Assembly (NCBI GenBank): GCA_029288195.1
Contig: JARFPR010000142.1
Span: 1 to 38,528, forward strand
Source of the DNA: Gammaproteobacteria bacterium
GTDB taxonomy: Bacteria > Pseudomonadota > Gammaproteobacteria > GCA-001735895
Length of the DNA: 38,528 nt
Direction of reading: 5' to 3'
Shown here piece by piece: positions 21,101 to 30,571 of this stretch. The notes below the pieces were generated by a model. The model saw only the letters and a program-made list of their open reading frames with translations. It searched no databases and had not been told where the DNA came from. Numbering within the stretch: the stretch's first letter is position 1; each line of letters begins with the position of its first letter. Both the position numbers and the translations under genes were made by a program.

Positions 21101-24100
21101 CTCTCGATTTCCCCCGCCGAAACCTGCTTTACTATTTCTTCAGGATCGCCAGGTTCCAGGGATGCCGTTTCAATTTCGGGTGACTCCAGCTCTGCCGCCT
21201 CGGTCTCGGGCGCAGCATGCTCTATTGCTTCATCTTCTGACGACTCCAGCTCTGCTACTTCGACTTCTGATAACTCGGACTCTATCGGTTCGGCTTCGAC
21301 CTCGATCGACCCAGGCTCTAGAGCTCCGGTATCGAACGGCTCGATATCCATTGCCTCGACCTCGGACAACTCAAACTCTATAGCTCCAGCCTCGAACGGC
21401 TCAAGGTCCGTTGCTTCAGTCCCAGACAACTCGGGCTCTATTGCCTCGGCCTCGGGCACAGCATGCTCTATTGCTTCATCTTCTGACGACTCCGGCTCTG
21501 CTACTTCGACTTCTGACAACTCGGACTCTATCGGCTCGGCTTCGGCCTCGATCGAACCAGGTTCTAGAGCTCCGGCATCGAACGGCTCGATATCCGTTAC
21601 CTCGACCTCGGACAACTCAAGCTCTATAGCTCCAGCCTCGAACGGCTCAATGTCCGTTGCTTCAGTCCCGGACAACTCGGGCTCTATTACCTCGGCCTCG
21701 AACGGCTCCAGGTCAGTATCATCACTCTCGATCCCTGCTCCCGCGGCTGATTCCACTGCCAGGGGAGCGGCTTCAGCAGTTTCTTCGGCAAAAGCATCAT
21801 CGAGGGATTCAGCGAGGAAATCTTCGCCCATGGTTTCGATCCAGATGGCCTCATTCGGAACAGGCTCGACATCATCAATAGCCAAAGCCTGGATTTCTTC
21901 AGCTTTGTTGCTTGTATGCTCCTCGGCCTGTTTCGAGTAATCGGTCGCCACATTGAACTCTTTCTCTGCTGCAGATGAACCAGATTCGTCTACGGAACTC
22001 TCTGTTTCGAACTCGAGCGGGTTTGATCCGGATTGCATCAACTGGGTATCGTCCAGGTCGGAGATCCTGGCCGCAAGCTCAGTGTTACTGCGCTGTTCAC
22101 GAACCTGATCGCCGGTCACCTCGAAACTCTCCAGATCTACCTGCACGGTGTCCGGTTCAATTTCATCGAGTATCATCTGGTTCATTCTTTGCGGAGGAAT
22201 AACCTGGGTGGTTGAACCGAGCTCGAGTCCCGTCCTTTGGGATTCATCGTCATCGGTAATTCGGTCATAGGGTGATTCAATTGCAGTGTCTGTCCCGGTG
22301 TGATCTATCAGCAATTGGTCGGCCTTGAACTCGGCCAATGCCCGGGCCAGGCCTCTCAGGTAACCAATATCAGACTTAGGCGTCTCCGAAGTCTTTAACT
22401 CGTTAACCAGTTCCTTCAATGCCTCAGTTGCGCTGCCCACCGCTTCTATCGCCTGCTTGCCGGGAGCAATCGTTTTATCGATAATTCGATTCAATAATTG
22501 TTCGTAATCCCAGGCAAACTCGCCAATCTTCATTGCACCGACGAGACGGCCACTACCTTTGATGGTGTGAAAGGCGCGGCGGATATTTTTTACCGCGTTC
22601 TCATCTTCCGGGTGCAGCAACCAGTCCTGTTGCAAACGCGCGATGTTTTGTGCCTCTTCCCCGGCTTCCTCAAGATAAATCTCGAGAATTTCCGGGTCGC
22701 TATCCGGCTTCAAAACCTGCAAATCCTCCTCGACCGACTCGACTTCAATACGAACTTCGGCCGGAGTGACAGCGGCGCCGGCTTCAATTTCTGTCGACCG
22801 GTCAGAAGTGTCATCTTGTACTAATTGGACCTGTTCAGGAAGATTGTCCAAAGCGGTGACAGCTGGCACTGTTTCCACTCCGATTTCGGGCTCTGCTGTG
22901 TCAGCATCAGCCTCGATCGTGATTTCAGGCTCAACATCGTCTTCGACAGCAGCGATTACTACTTCATCGCTTTTGTCATCCTCGGCCTCGATATGTACAT
23001 TGGACAGCAACTCTTGCAGTTGCACGTCGGCAAAGTCGAGGATATTGCCAGCATCGCTGCGATGTTCGCCAAGCGCTTCGAGATAGTACTCGAGGCTAAC
23101 CACAACCTGTGATAACGCGTCCAGTCTTTTAGCTTCCATAAATTCAACAATGTCGTAGCCTTTTAAGTAGGCGAGCAGCCCATCGACCACGGCAACCGCA
23201 CGATGCTGATTCATCAACTGAAGCGCTCCCCTGGATTCACCCATCAGGGCTACGCAGAGATCAATATTTTCACTGCGACCCGGATCCTTGATAAAGTCGA
23301 GGATTGCATTTTTGGTTTTCTGAATGTCATCAAGCGCCGCGGTAACTACCGCCGTTAATACGCTATCAAGTTCGTAGTCTCTCGAGACGTCGGATTCAGA
23401 TCTTGGCTCCTCCGCATCAACCGGTTGACGTTTTTGCATTTGCTCAAGCGCCTGCTCAACCTGGAGTAATTCCGCTGCCATCGATAGCAGCCTCTCTTCA
23501 TCGGCAACTTGATTGCCAGAGACGATTTCCTTAACAATAGCACTCTGGTCTTCAATTAATTGTCGCTGCGAACCCAGCCCAATCATCGCCAGCGTGTCGG
23601 AGATGACGTGCATCTCATGGGGCAGATCTTTGAGTGCCTCGACTCTCGATAAATCTCCGTTAACGTATACCTCGAGGGTCGACTTAATGGTCTCAATATC
23701 GGCTTTAACAGCTTCAGACACGGTTTTCAATACGGCCTGGTTTGGGCCGGCGATGTTACTCAGCACTTCGCTGCGTACGGATTCCGAAGGCAGGAACTGC
23801 TCTAGTCGATAAGCAGTTTTTATCGCTTTCGCCTTGGGTCCATCGCATTCCGGCTGAGCGATATAAAATAAAAAATTCTTGATCAACTCGATCGGTTGAC
23901 GCTTGAGTAAGCCACGCTCGCCGATTATCAGGATTACCCTGAACAAGGCATCGACTTTGCCGAGCAAATTCTTTATCGATACCCCGAGCTCAAGTTTCTG
24001 GCGTGCGACCGATTCGACAAGTGCTCCTATTATCCACCAGATTCGGGCTATCTGTTCGGAAGAAGACCGCTCCTCCAGGGTTTCACAAATCTTCTCGAGG

Positions 24101-24684
24101 CGCTTCAGGCTCTCTTCAACCGATTGATCCCTGATCACGTTGACCAGCGCAATCTGGTAAACCGGGCGTAACTTTTTTGCGAGAAGCCTGGATGCCTGAT
24201 TATGGTCGTTGTCGATTGACTCTAGCCTGGCTTCTTCCTGGTGCATCGAAAGATCGGGCAGAAAAAGTAGTTTTTCGGAAAACAAATCCTGGTTTCTGAC
24301 CGCGCGAATATCATTCAATAGCGGTAATATAGCGATCGGAATATCACGATAGCCTGACTGAATATGTTCCAGGTAATCGGGTAACTGCAACACTGCTCGC
24401 AGCATTACTTCGAGGGCCTGTTCACCCTTTTCCTGCTTGTTGTCGATAATGAAATCCGCTAGCGATACCATTTCATCGGTTAACATCGCGGCGCCATACT
24501 GCTCGATCATCATCAACACGCCCTGAATAACGCCCAGCCTTTCCTTGACGGCTGCCAGCAACGCGTCATCGTCTTCTTCGATATAAATCTTGAGGTCGGT
24601 CTTGATATCAGACAGGTTGTCATCGATGGATTTCTTGACCCACCCAAGTGCACTCTGCTTGATTGAATTTTCCGGGGAGCTCAT
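18154..24684 (-). CDS. chpA: Hybrid histidine kinase ChpA (CheA-like, multi-Hpt, C-terminal receiver) of the type IV pilus chemosensory system
   Basis: 2176 aa.
- The N-terminus is FimL/ChpA-like (LGWVKKSIDDNL).
- Three canonical Hpt phospho-His motifs are present: FHTIKGSGR, LHTIHGASR and LHTLKGGAR.
- The HATPase block is DDGAGVD...GRGVGMDVV.
- A CheW-like domain follows (YAIPLMNIEGI).
- The C-terminal REC domain is VMVVDDSITMRR...MLLDIEMPRMDG...GKP. Confidence 0.92.
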   Translation of the reverse strand: MSSPENSIKQSALGWVKKSIDDNLSDIKTDLKIYIEEDDDALLAAVKERLGVIQGVLMMIEQYGAAMLTDEMVSLADFIIDNKQEKGEQALEVMLRAVLQLPDYLEHIQSGYRDIPIAILPLLNDIRAVRNQDLFSEKLLFLPDLSMHQEEARLESIDNDHNQASRLLAKKLRPVYQIALVNVIRDQSVEESLKRLEKICETLEERSSSEQIARIWWIIGALVESVARQKLELGVSIKNLLGKVDALFRVILIIGERGLLKRQPIELIKNFLFYIAQPECDGPKAKAIKTAYRLEQFLPSESVRSEVLSNIAGPNQAVLKTVSEAVKADIETIKSTLEVYVNGDLSRVEALKDLPHEMHVISDTLAMIGLGSQRQLIEDQSAIVKEIVSGNQVADEERLLSMAAELLQVEQALEQMQKRQPVDAEEPRSESDVSRDYELDSVLTAVVTAALDDIQKTKNAILDFIKDPGRSENIDLCVALMGESRGALQLMNQHRAVAVVDGLLAYLKGYDIVEFMEAKRLDALSQVVVSLEYYLEALGEHRSDAGNILDFADVQLQELLSNVHIEAEDDKSDEVVIAAVEDDVEPEITIEADADTAEPEIGVETVPAVTALDNLPEQVQLVQDDTSDRSTEIEAGAAVTPAEVRIEVESVEEDLQVLKPDSDPEILEIYLEEAGEEAQNIARLQQDWLLHPEDENAVKNIRRAFHTIKGSGRLVGAMKIGEFAWDYEQLLNRIIDKTIAPGKQAIEAVGSATEALKELVNELKTSETPKSDIGYLRGLARALAEFKADQLLIDHTGTDTAIESPYDRITDDDESQRTGLELGSTTQVIPPQRMNQMILDEIEPDTVQVDLESFEVTGDQVREQRSNTELAARISDLDDTQLMQSGSNPLEFETESSVDESGSSAAEKEFNVATDYSKQAEEHTSNKAEEIQALAIDDVEPVPNEAIWIETMGEDFLAESLDDAFAEETAEAAPLAVESAAGAGIESDDTDLEPFEAEVIEPELSGTEATDIEPFEAGAIELELSEVEVTDIEPFDAGALEPGSIEAEAEPIESELSEVEVAEPESSEDEAIEHAVPEAEAIEPELSGTEATDLEPFEAGAIEFELSEVEAMDIEPFDTGALEPGSIEVEAEPIESELSEVEVAELESSEDEAIEHAAPETEAAELESPEIETASLEPGDPEEIVKQVSAGEIESSETPESAPDTEQEYPPDPFVDTTASPVPGEEAGESEPKDQEPPEPTGLSFDPELLTIYQQEVEQHLGIISFALDHAEQIHELIPGEEIYRSLHTIHGASRTADIRTIGKLAGLMEKPLKIAIAQKMALDDEIVALYRQGQIELLRMTKELVASRQLPAINEDLEISFKALAEDFEEHTVEIPEDEAGPSGEFIDTLTKISESLEREQDTELLTIFVDEANELLEMSDNTLHQWSQQKSDETGAQDYNAVMELQRYLHTLKGGARMAELEEISNLSHEMESMFIAVIDGRVDKNENLIELLKDCFDLLHQQVVEAQEGKQMSNSERLVEFLKDLRRGEADGHSEDTDDEDSGFDMDSEDIDIVSENLPGEPLSTLERPSQDVIKVRSDLLDNLVNSAGEVSIYRARMEQQVAGLGSYLGELGQTIARLKGQLRNLEAETDAQIHFSHRSESERKGEFDPLEMDRYTMIQELSRSLGESVNDLSSLQAMLGEQVRDSETLLLQQSRVNADLQDGLIKSRMVKFSGLLSRLRRLVRQSSQELGKKADLIITGEENEVDNKVLDRMVAPLEHIIRNALSHGIETPVERVKRGKDESGKISIDITRDGSDIIIRVSDDGAGVDLDKVRSRAVQLGLLDKRHQATDADLVQYILEPGFSTAEHVTQLSGRGVGMDVVDIEIKQLGGTLQIETNPQGTTFIARLPFTLSINQAILVRASEETYAIPLMNIEGITRLEARQVLEYYQQDNPEIEYAGQQFVLYNLAELVDTGVPFKPSGDNEKLPIIFGRAGDVRIALHVDEIIGNREIVVKSLGKQLSQVKALSGASILADGSVVLILDINGLVRQGAANAVKIVYQQQDTGHSNKRDIVMVVDDSITMRRVASKLLERHNYEVITAKDGVDALAQLQDLRPDVMLLDIEMPRMDGFELATHMQNEENFSRIPIIMITSRTGEKHRDRAFEIGVNNYMGKPYQEEELIENIQTALGAR
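21197..21700. repeat. Tandem direct repeat inside chpA: about 2 copies of a 246-bp (82-codon) unit, with a nested sub-repeat
   Basis: GCATGC at 21215 recurs at 21461, an offset of 246 nt. Manual alignment of 21197-21442 against 21443-21688 shows about 14 substitutions and no indels. The unit encodes IEPELSGTEATD[IL]EPFEAGAIE[LF]ELSEVE..DIEPFD.GALEPGSIE.EAEPIESELSEVEVAE.ESSEDEAIEHA.PE.EA. Confidence 0.85.
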
Positions 24685-24692
24685 CGAATCGT

Positions 24693-26840
24693 CTATTTTT
24701 CCGCTTCGGACTCTAGGCCCAGCGCGGCAAGATCATCGGCGTCTTGCACCATGGTACTTTCGAGCGGATCAACACCGGGAAGCTTGAAGCCAGCAACAGA
24801 AGTCTGCATCTCTTTGACCATGTCAGATAATTCGCCAATCGAGCCCGAAGCCTGGTTCGAACCTTCCGAGGTCTTGGCGGTAATTTCCTGTATCACATCC
24901 ATGGTTTCGGTAATTTTTACACTATCCTGGGCCTGGTCACGCGTTGAGTCCGATATCTCCAGAATGCGCTGTGCCAGGTTCATCGAAACCTGTTCAATAC
25001 GATCCAGCGCGCCCCCCGCGTTTTCAGTCAGCTTGGCTCCCTTTACAACGTTGGCGGTACTTTGTTCCATCGAAACCGTGGCTTCGTTGGTATCCGCCTG
25101 GATAGTCTTTACCAGGGCCTCGATTTGCTTGGTTGCGTCACCAGTCCTTTCTGCGAGTCTCTGTACTTCATCAGCCACCACCGCAAAGCCGCGTCCTGCC
25201 TCGCCCGCCATCGACGCCTGGATTGCGGCATTCAGGGCAAGAATGTTGGTCTGGTCGGATATCTCGGTAATCAGGTTTACTATGTCCCCAATTTCCTGTG
25301 ACGATTCACCCAGCCGCTTGATACGCTTGGAAGTTTCCTGAATCTGCTCGCGAATGGTCTCCATACCTTCGATAGTCTGGCGTACGGTTTCACCACCCTT
25401 ATGCGCAATACTGACAGACTTTCGTGCCACTTCTGCCGAGTCAGCCGCTCTCTCGGAAACCTGCGACATAGACTTCGAAATCTCGGTAACAGCATTACTG
25501 GCCTTGGTTATCTGTTGAGCCTGCGCTTCACTGGCCTCGGCCAGTTCGCCGGTCATGCTCTGAGTTTTTCGAACCGCAGCCCGTACCTGGTTGGCAGTAT
25601 TGTTAATGGTGCCGACCAGGTCACGCAACGCGTCTATCGAGTAATTAACCGAGTCGGCGATCGCTCCGGTTATGTCTTCGGTTACGGTGGTATGAGTAGA
25701 GAGGTCACCGTCGGCAAGATTCGTCATTTCGTCGAGCAGTCGCAGGATAGCGCGCTGGTTTTTCTCATTTTGATCCTGTGATTCTGACAGGCTGGCATGG
25801 GATCCACGTGAGATGATGACGATCAGCAACAATAAAAGTAAAACCGCGAACAGTCCGACCGCATATCCAGCCAGGATGAGTGACTTTCTTGCCTCACCAC
25901 CGCGTTCAAGGGCCTTGATCAAACCGCCGGAAGCAGATAGCAGCAGCGGGCTCAATTCATCAATTTTCAATGCCGCTTCATGCACTTTAAATATCTGCGC
26001 CGAATTATCGAGAATTTCACGCACATTCTTGCGCACCACGGAGTAAAGATCTGCAAACTGCAACAGGTTGCCAACCACGGTTGGGCCGGTAAATTTGGTA
26101 ATCCCCTGCGAGGAATCCCCTTCAAGCATTGCTAATAATTGTGCCTCTATCTGGGTGGCTTCCGTAGAAAAGCGCTCGGCAGCCGTCATAACCACTTCAC
26201 CATCAGTCAGTATCTGATTGAGGCTATGTTCGATGCCTCGAATAAGTATGACCTGGCGCGCAGCGAGGGCAATATTCCTGCGTGGCGCCCCCGATTTGAC
26301 CAACTCTTCGACCACACGATCGGATAACGAAATGAGTTCCGGTAATGACTCGTTAATTTGCGTCACGTAGTCACTAACTGTCGCGATCGATGTTTTTGCC
26401 GCCACTACGGTAGCAATATGCTTGTCATAATCATTCCAGATCGACTTCACATTCGAGAACTCAACCGAGAATTCCTCGGGTAAAGCGGGCAATTCCTGGG
26501 TTGCATCTCCATTATTAAACCTGTCCAGGGTATCGAGATAGCGATTCTGATTCTCGCCCAGTCGATCGAATGCACGCTCCTGGCCTGCGGCTGCTTCCAG
26601 TGCATTGACTGCAATTTGCTGCGATATAACCTGCTGTTCCGAGGCGATAGTAGTATAGAGTTTGTTGTTACGCGCCTGGCCGCTTTCGATACTGAACAAC
26701 ACCACCATTGCCAACACCGACAAAATCAGCAACGCGCCAACAGCAACTGCTTTTTTATTGACAGAACTGCCACGCTGCCCGACAGACGGGGCAAAGCCCG
26801 ATTTTGTTCCGGGAAGCAGGTTTTTGATTTTATCTAACAC
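24693..26840 (-). CDS. pilJ: Methyl-accepting chemotaxis protein PilJ
   Basis: 715 aa with two TM segments flanking a large periplasmic domain. The highly conserved MCP signalling hairpin is present ([50 protein letters not shown]). It lies between pilI and chpA. Confidence 0.9.
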   Translation of the reverse strand: MLDKIKNLLPGTKSGFAPSVGQRGSSVNKKAVAVGALLILSVLAMVVLFSIESGQARNNKLYTTIASEQQVISQQIAVNALEAAAGQERAFDRLGENQNRYLDTLDRFNNGDATQELPALPEEFSVEFSNVKSIWNDYDKHIATVVAAKTSIATVSDYVTQINESLPELISLSDRVVEELVKSGAPRRNIALAARQVILIRGIEHSLNQILTDGEVVMTAAERFSTEATQIEAQLLAMLEGDSSQGITKFTGPTVVGNLLQFADLYSVVRKNVREILDNSAQIFKVHEAALKIDELSPLLLSASGGLIKALERGGEARKSLILAGYAVGLFAVLLLLLLIVIISRGSHASLSESQDQNEKNQRAILRLLDEMTNLADGDLSTHTTVTEDITGAIADSVNYSIDALRDLVGTINNTANQVRAAVRKTQSMTGELAEASEAQAQQITKASNAVTEISKSMSQVSERAADSAEVARKSVSIAHKGGETVRQTIEGMETIREQIQETSKRIKRLGESSQEIGDIVNLITEISDQTNILALNAAIQASMAGEAGRGFAVVADEVQRLAERTGDATKQIEALVKTIQADTNEATVSMEQSTANVVKGAKLTENAGGALDRIEQVSMNLAQRILEISDSTRDQAQDSVKITETMDVIQEITAKTSEGSNQASGSIGELSDMVKEMQTSVAGFKLPGVDPLESTMVQDADDLAALGLESEAEK

Positions 26841-26873
26841 TACTATTGTTTCCTCGATACCTCGTCAAGCGCC

Positions 26874-27407
26874 TTAAACGACTCGTAAAAAATGTTCGGC
26901 CCTGGTTAATTTCTTGACACTAAACACGTTCCACTGACGCACCTGGTCAACAAATGTTCCCGCAAGATAGGCACCCATCGTACCCGTGTCCGGCATAACT
27001 TCCTGCCGGTGCTCTTCAGGTTTAAAACGTCTCAGTCCAAAAACTTCGTCTACCAGTAATCCCGCAACCACACCCGACTTGTTGATAACAAGAATCCTGC
27101 TTTGCTTGCTAATCCGTGTTGGTTCTCCGTAAAGAAATCCATTCATATCCAGTACCGGTATCAAGTTGCCACGAACATTAGCCAGGCCCTTGACCCAGTG
27201 TGTTACCCCTGGCACCCGTATTGTTTCCGGGGGTGGCAATATTTCGCTAACGTCATCCATCTTTGCCAACAGGGGGATGCCGTTTATCAAAAACCCGATT
27301 CCAATCCAGTCATCGACAACCGTCTTGGCGACCGGCAGGCCAGCGGAATTTCTACGACAGCGCGAGTCGATTTCTTTTAGAATTTCAAATGCTGAGGCAA
27401 TGGGCAT
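26874..27407 (-). CDS. pilI: CheW-like coupling protein PilI
   Basis: 177 aa with a CheW domain (VRGNLIPVLDMNGFL...ILVINKSGVVAGLLVDEVFGLR). It sits between pilH and pilJ. Confidence 0.85.
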   Translation of the reverse strand: MPIASAFEILKEIDSRCRRNSAGLPVAKTVVDDWIGIGFLINGIPLLAKMDDVSEILPPPETIRVPGVTHWVKGLANVRGNLIPVLDMNGFLYGEPTRISKQSRILVINKSGVVAGLLVDEVFGLRRFKPEEHRQEVMPDTGTMGAYLAGTFVDQVRQWNVFSVKKLTRAEHFLRVV

Positions 27408-27423
27408 GGATTCGCGGTCCCGT

Positions 27424-27807
27424 TCAATCGTCGTAACCGCGATCGAAACCCATAACCTTATTGATTCGTTCGATCAAATCTTGTTCATCTGCCGGTTTGA
27501 CGATATAGTCTCTCGCGCCCTGGCGCATACCCCAGATCTTGTCGGTTTCCTGATCCTTGGTAGTTATGATAATCACGGGAATTGCAGAGGTTTCCGGGTT
27601 ACGGCTGAGATCACGCGTCGCCTGAAAACCATTCTTTCCCGGCATTACCACGTCCATTAATATGCAATCGGGTTTAGTCTCGATTGCTTTCTCAATTCCT
27701 TCTTCACCATTCTTGGCAACTGAAACCTCGATATCGTTGTTTACAAGCATGCTCTTGAAAACGTGAACTTCGGTCGGAGAATCATCGATAATTAATACAT
27801 GCGTCAT
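27424..27807 (-). CDS. pilH: CheY-like response regulator PilH
   Basis: 127 aa, a single REC domain: VLIIDDSPTE...ILMDVVMPGKNGF...KP. Confidence 0.9.
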   Translation of the reverse strand: MTHVLIIDDSPTEVHVFKSMLVNNDIEVSVAKNGEEGIEKAIETKPDCILMDVVMPGKNGFQATRDLSRNPETSAIPVIIITTKDQETDKIWGMRQGARDYIVKPADEQDLIERINKVMGFDRGYDD

Positions 27808-27843
27808 TCTAAACTTTCCTCAGTCTCCGTTAACCGTATCCAT

Positions 27844-28257
27844 CTAACCGACATGCGTCGTTATCGCGTTGATTAAATCTTCTTTGGAAAATGGTTTGGT
27901 CAGGTATTTTTCTGATCCGACAATGCGGCCGCGCGCACGATCAAAAATGCTGTCTTTGCTTGAGAGCATGATGACCGGGGTAGCCTTGAAGGTTTGATTG
28001 TTTTTAATCAGTGCGCAGGTCTGATAACCATCGAGGCGCGGCATCATAATGTCGACGAAGATGATATCGGGCTTATGCTCGGTAATTTTTGCCAGGGCCT
28101 CGAAACCGTCGATGGCGGTAACCACCTCGCAGCCCACTTTTTTTAACAGGGTTTCGGCACTGCGGCGGATGGTTTTGCTGTCGTCAATAACCATGACCTT
28201 AACGTTCAGGTTGGCCGATTGCTCTGTTCCATCTGCTATCTGAGACTCGGTATTCAC
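27844..28257 (-). CDS. pilG: CheY-like response regulator PilG (GTG start)
   Basis: 137 aa. The sequence VMVIDDSKTIRRSAETLLKKVGCEVVTAIDGFEALAKI...IIFVDIMMPRLDGYQTCALIKNN is near-identical in pattern to P. aeruginosa PilG as I remember it. The start is GTG at 28257, with GGGGG 5 nt upstream. Confidence 0.9.
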   Translation of the reverse strand: MNTESQIADGTEQSANLNVKVMVIDDSKTIRRSAETLLKKVGCEVVTAIDGFEALAKITEHKPDIIFVDIMMPRLDGYQTCALIKNNQTFKATPVIMLSSKDSIFDRARGRIVGSEKYLTKPFSKEDLINAITTHVG

Positions 28258-28567
28258 TTAACCCCCAATAATTATAAGTGGAGTATCCCCACTTTATAAG
28301 GACATGATTATATGGATATTTATATGTTAAACCAGTGATTTAATATAACTACATGATGTAAATTCTACGATTTTAGTCCGAGATTCACTGGCTATTTTCT
28401 AAAATTCCATTACCCTCAAAAGTAGTTCAATAAAGGGGTTTTAACAAGCAGCATCAAGCTCCAGCCTGCTTTACGCAGGTGCAATTTTTTAATGTGCCTG
28501 GGCGGTTTAATTCATTAAAATTTGTAAATCGCATCCGATTTATCAATACACTTGATCTATCTCATTT

Positions 28568-29524
28568 ATGCCTAAAGTTCGTAAGCTCGGAATCGTGATG
28601 GACCCGATCGAGGCCATCAAACCCTGGAAAGATTCAAGCCTCGCCATGTTGCTTGAGGCGCAGGCGCGAGGCTGGCAGATATTTTATTTTCAGCTTAGCG
28701 ACATATTCTTAGATAACGGCATCGCCATGGGTCAGTTCAAGACGCTTAAACTATACGACGACAACCAGCACTGGTTTGACTACGGCGATGCAGATCACTG
28801 TCGACTGAGCGATCTGGATGTCATCCTGATGCGCAAGGATCCTCCCTTCGATCTCGAGTATATTTATTGCACTTATATGCTCGAGCAGGCAGAAGAAAGC
28901 GGCGTGCTGGTGGTTAACAAACCTGCTAGCCTGCGTGACTGCAATGAAAAGCTTTTTACGCGCGTCTTCCCGGAATGCTGTGTCGACACCCTGGTCAGCC
29001 GTGACGCTGCAATCCTGAGAGGTTTCATAGAGCAACACCGGGATATCATTATCAAGCCGCTCGACGGCATGGGTGGCCAGTCGATTTTCCGGGTGCAGGC
29101 GGGCGACCCCAATACCAATGCGATCATCGAAGCCGTTTCGAAACATGGCCAGTCACAAACCATGGTACAACGTTATATTCCCGAGATCCGCGACGGTGAC
29201 AAACGCATTTTGTTAATCGATGGCGTTGCAATACCTTACGCCCTGGCGCGCCTGCCTGCGGCAGGCGAGAATCGCGGCAACATCGCTGCCGGTGCGAGCA
29301 CACGAGGACAACCATTAAGCGAGCGTGATCAATGGCTATGCGACCAGATCGGTGACGAGCTGCGCAAGCGCGGCTTACTGTTTGTGGGGATCGATGTAAT
29401 CGGTGATTACATCACTGAAATCAATGTTACCAGTCCGACTTGCATCCGCGAACTGGACAGCGATTTTGACATTAACATCAGCGCAGACCTTTTTGAGTGC
29501 ATCGAGCAACGCCTTCCAGCCTGA
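28568..29524 (+). CDS. gshB: Glutathione synthetase (ATP-grasp)
   Basis: 318 aa with KLGIVMDPIEAIKPWKDSSLAML, ILMRKDPPFD, IIKPLDGMGG and GLLFVGIDVIGDYITEINVTSPT. It is divergent from pilG, as in Pseudomonas. Confidence 0.95.
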   Translation: MPKVRKLGIVMDPIEAIKPWKDSSLAMLLEAQARGWQIFYFQLSDIFLDNGIAMGQFKTLKLYDDNQHWFDYGDADHCRLSDLDVILMRKDPPFDLEYIYCTYMLEQAEESGVLVVNKPASLRDCNEKLFTRVFPECCVDTLVSRDAAILRGFIEQHRDIIIKPLDGMGGQSIFRVQAGDPNTNAIIEAVSKHGQSQTMVQRYIPEIRDGDKRILLIDGVAIPYALARLPAAGENRGNIAAGASTRGQPLSERDQWLCDQIGDELRKRGLLFVGIDVIGDYITEINVTSPTCIRELDSDFDINISADLFECIEQRLPA

Positions 29525-30516
29525 CCTGCCTGTTTTTACTCGCCTTAATCCTTAGCGGTTGCGAACCTCGACAGCATCTCGTCGAACAGCATCTGCTCGA
29601 GTTCGGCACCATCATCAAGATTACGATGATTACCGGGGACCTGAATCATGCCGAGCGTTTACTCACCGAAATCGAGCACCGACTAAGCATCCACCGCGAG
29701 CAATGGCACGCCTGGGAAGATAGTGATCTGACCCGCTTCAACGCAGCACTGGAGCAAAATTCGACAGCGCAGGTACCGGCAAGCCTGGCCCCGTTATTAC
29801 AGCTAAGCCGGGATTATTACTATGTCACCAACGGCCTTTTTAACCCCGCACTCGGGAGGCTCATAGCCGCATATGGATTTCATGGCCGCGAGGCCGACAT
29901 GAGCATGGTCGCGACAATCAGGGGTGAAATTCCCGGAATGCATAATCTAAACATCGACAGTGAAATTGCCGTTAGCAGCAATCCGCATTTACAGATCGAC
30001 CTCGGCGGAATAGCCAAGGGCTACGCGGTGGGATTAATCAGTCGTTACCTGGACGACAATGGCATCGATCACTACATTATCAACGCGGGTGGTGATATGG
30101 CAATCGCGGGGAATCGGTTTGGTCGTCCCTGGCGAATAGGTATCCAAAATCCATTTGCACCCGGTGTTGTCGCAAGCCTTGAAATCGAGGGTAAACATAA
30201 CCTGTTTACCTCGGGAAATTACGAACGCCAGTATCGACGAGGAAAAAACCGGGCACATCACATCATCGACCCGCGCAGTGGGGAGCCGGCAACCGGGCAA
30301 AGCTCGGCGACGGTCCTCAGCAATGACCCGGTTCGTGCTGACGTCGCGGCAACCGCATTGATGATCAACGGCTTCCGGGGACATCGTGAACTGGCAAAAT
30401 CACTGGATATCGAAGACTTCATCGTGATCGGTGAATCAAGGGAAATCGTGGTGAGTCGTACATTGGCCGACAAAATCAAAATTGCGGTTTCCTGGCCAAC
30501 AACTATTATCAACTAA
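29497..30516 (+). CDS. apbE: FAD:protein FMN transferase ApbE (lipoprotein)
   Basis: 339 aa with a signal peptide and lipobox (LFLLALILSGC). ApbE blocks are present: DLGGIAKGYAV, INAGGDM and HIIDPRSGEP. ATG 29497 overlaps the gshB 3' end by 28 nt. Confidence 0.8.
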   Translation: MHRATPSSLTCLFLLALILSGCEPRQHLVEQHLLEFGTIIKITMITGDLNHAERLLTEIEHRLSIHREQWHAWEDSDLTRFNAALEQNSTAQVPASLAPLLQLSRDYYYVTNGLFNPALGRLIAAYGFHGREADMSMVATIRGEIPGMHNLNIDSEIAVSSNPHLQIDLGGIAKGYAVGLISRYLDDNGIDHYIINAGGDMAIAGNRFGRPWRIGIQNPFAPGVVASLEIEGKHNLFTSGNYERQYRRGKNRAHHIIDPRSGEPATGQSSATVLSNDPVRADVAATALMINGFRGHRELAKSLDIEDFIVIGESREIVVSRTLADKIKIAVSWPTTIIN

Positions 30517-30571
30517 AGCACATAGATTCGCTGGTGGTAGCGAACTAATCTTGGCACAATAGACTTCCAAT

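Noticed and set aside
21197-21700. Possible CRISPR-like or satellite array
   Set aside because: The repeat is a 246-bp in-frame tandem duplication within a long continuous ORF (chpA). There are no short repeat/spacer alternations and no cas genes.
20987-21940. 317-aa plus-strand ORF, very Ser-rich, plus neighbouring plus-strand ORFs (20931-21383, 21411-21629, 21657-21881)
   Set aside because: It lies antisense to the acidic repeat region of chpA. Reading GAN/GAA-rich codons in reverse gives stop-free Ser/Leu/Pro-rich frames. It has no independent start context or recognisable domain, and it repeats only because the chpA DNA repeats.
28273-28300. Imperfect inverted repeat AAGTGG-N7-CCACTT in the pilG 5' region of the AT-rich pilG/gshB spacer
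   Set aside because: Only 6 bp pair perfectly, and the flanking TA-rich extension is out of register. It could be a regulator site, but the sequence alone cannot support that.
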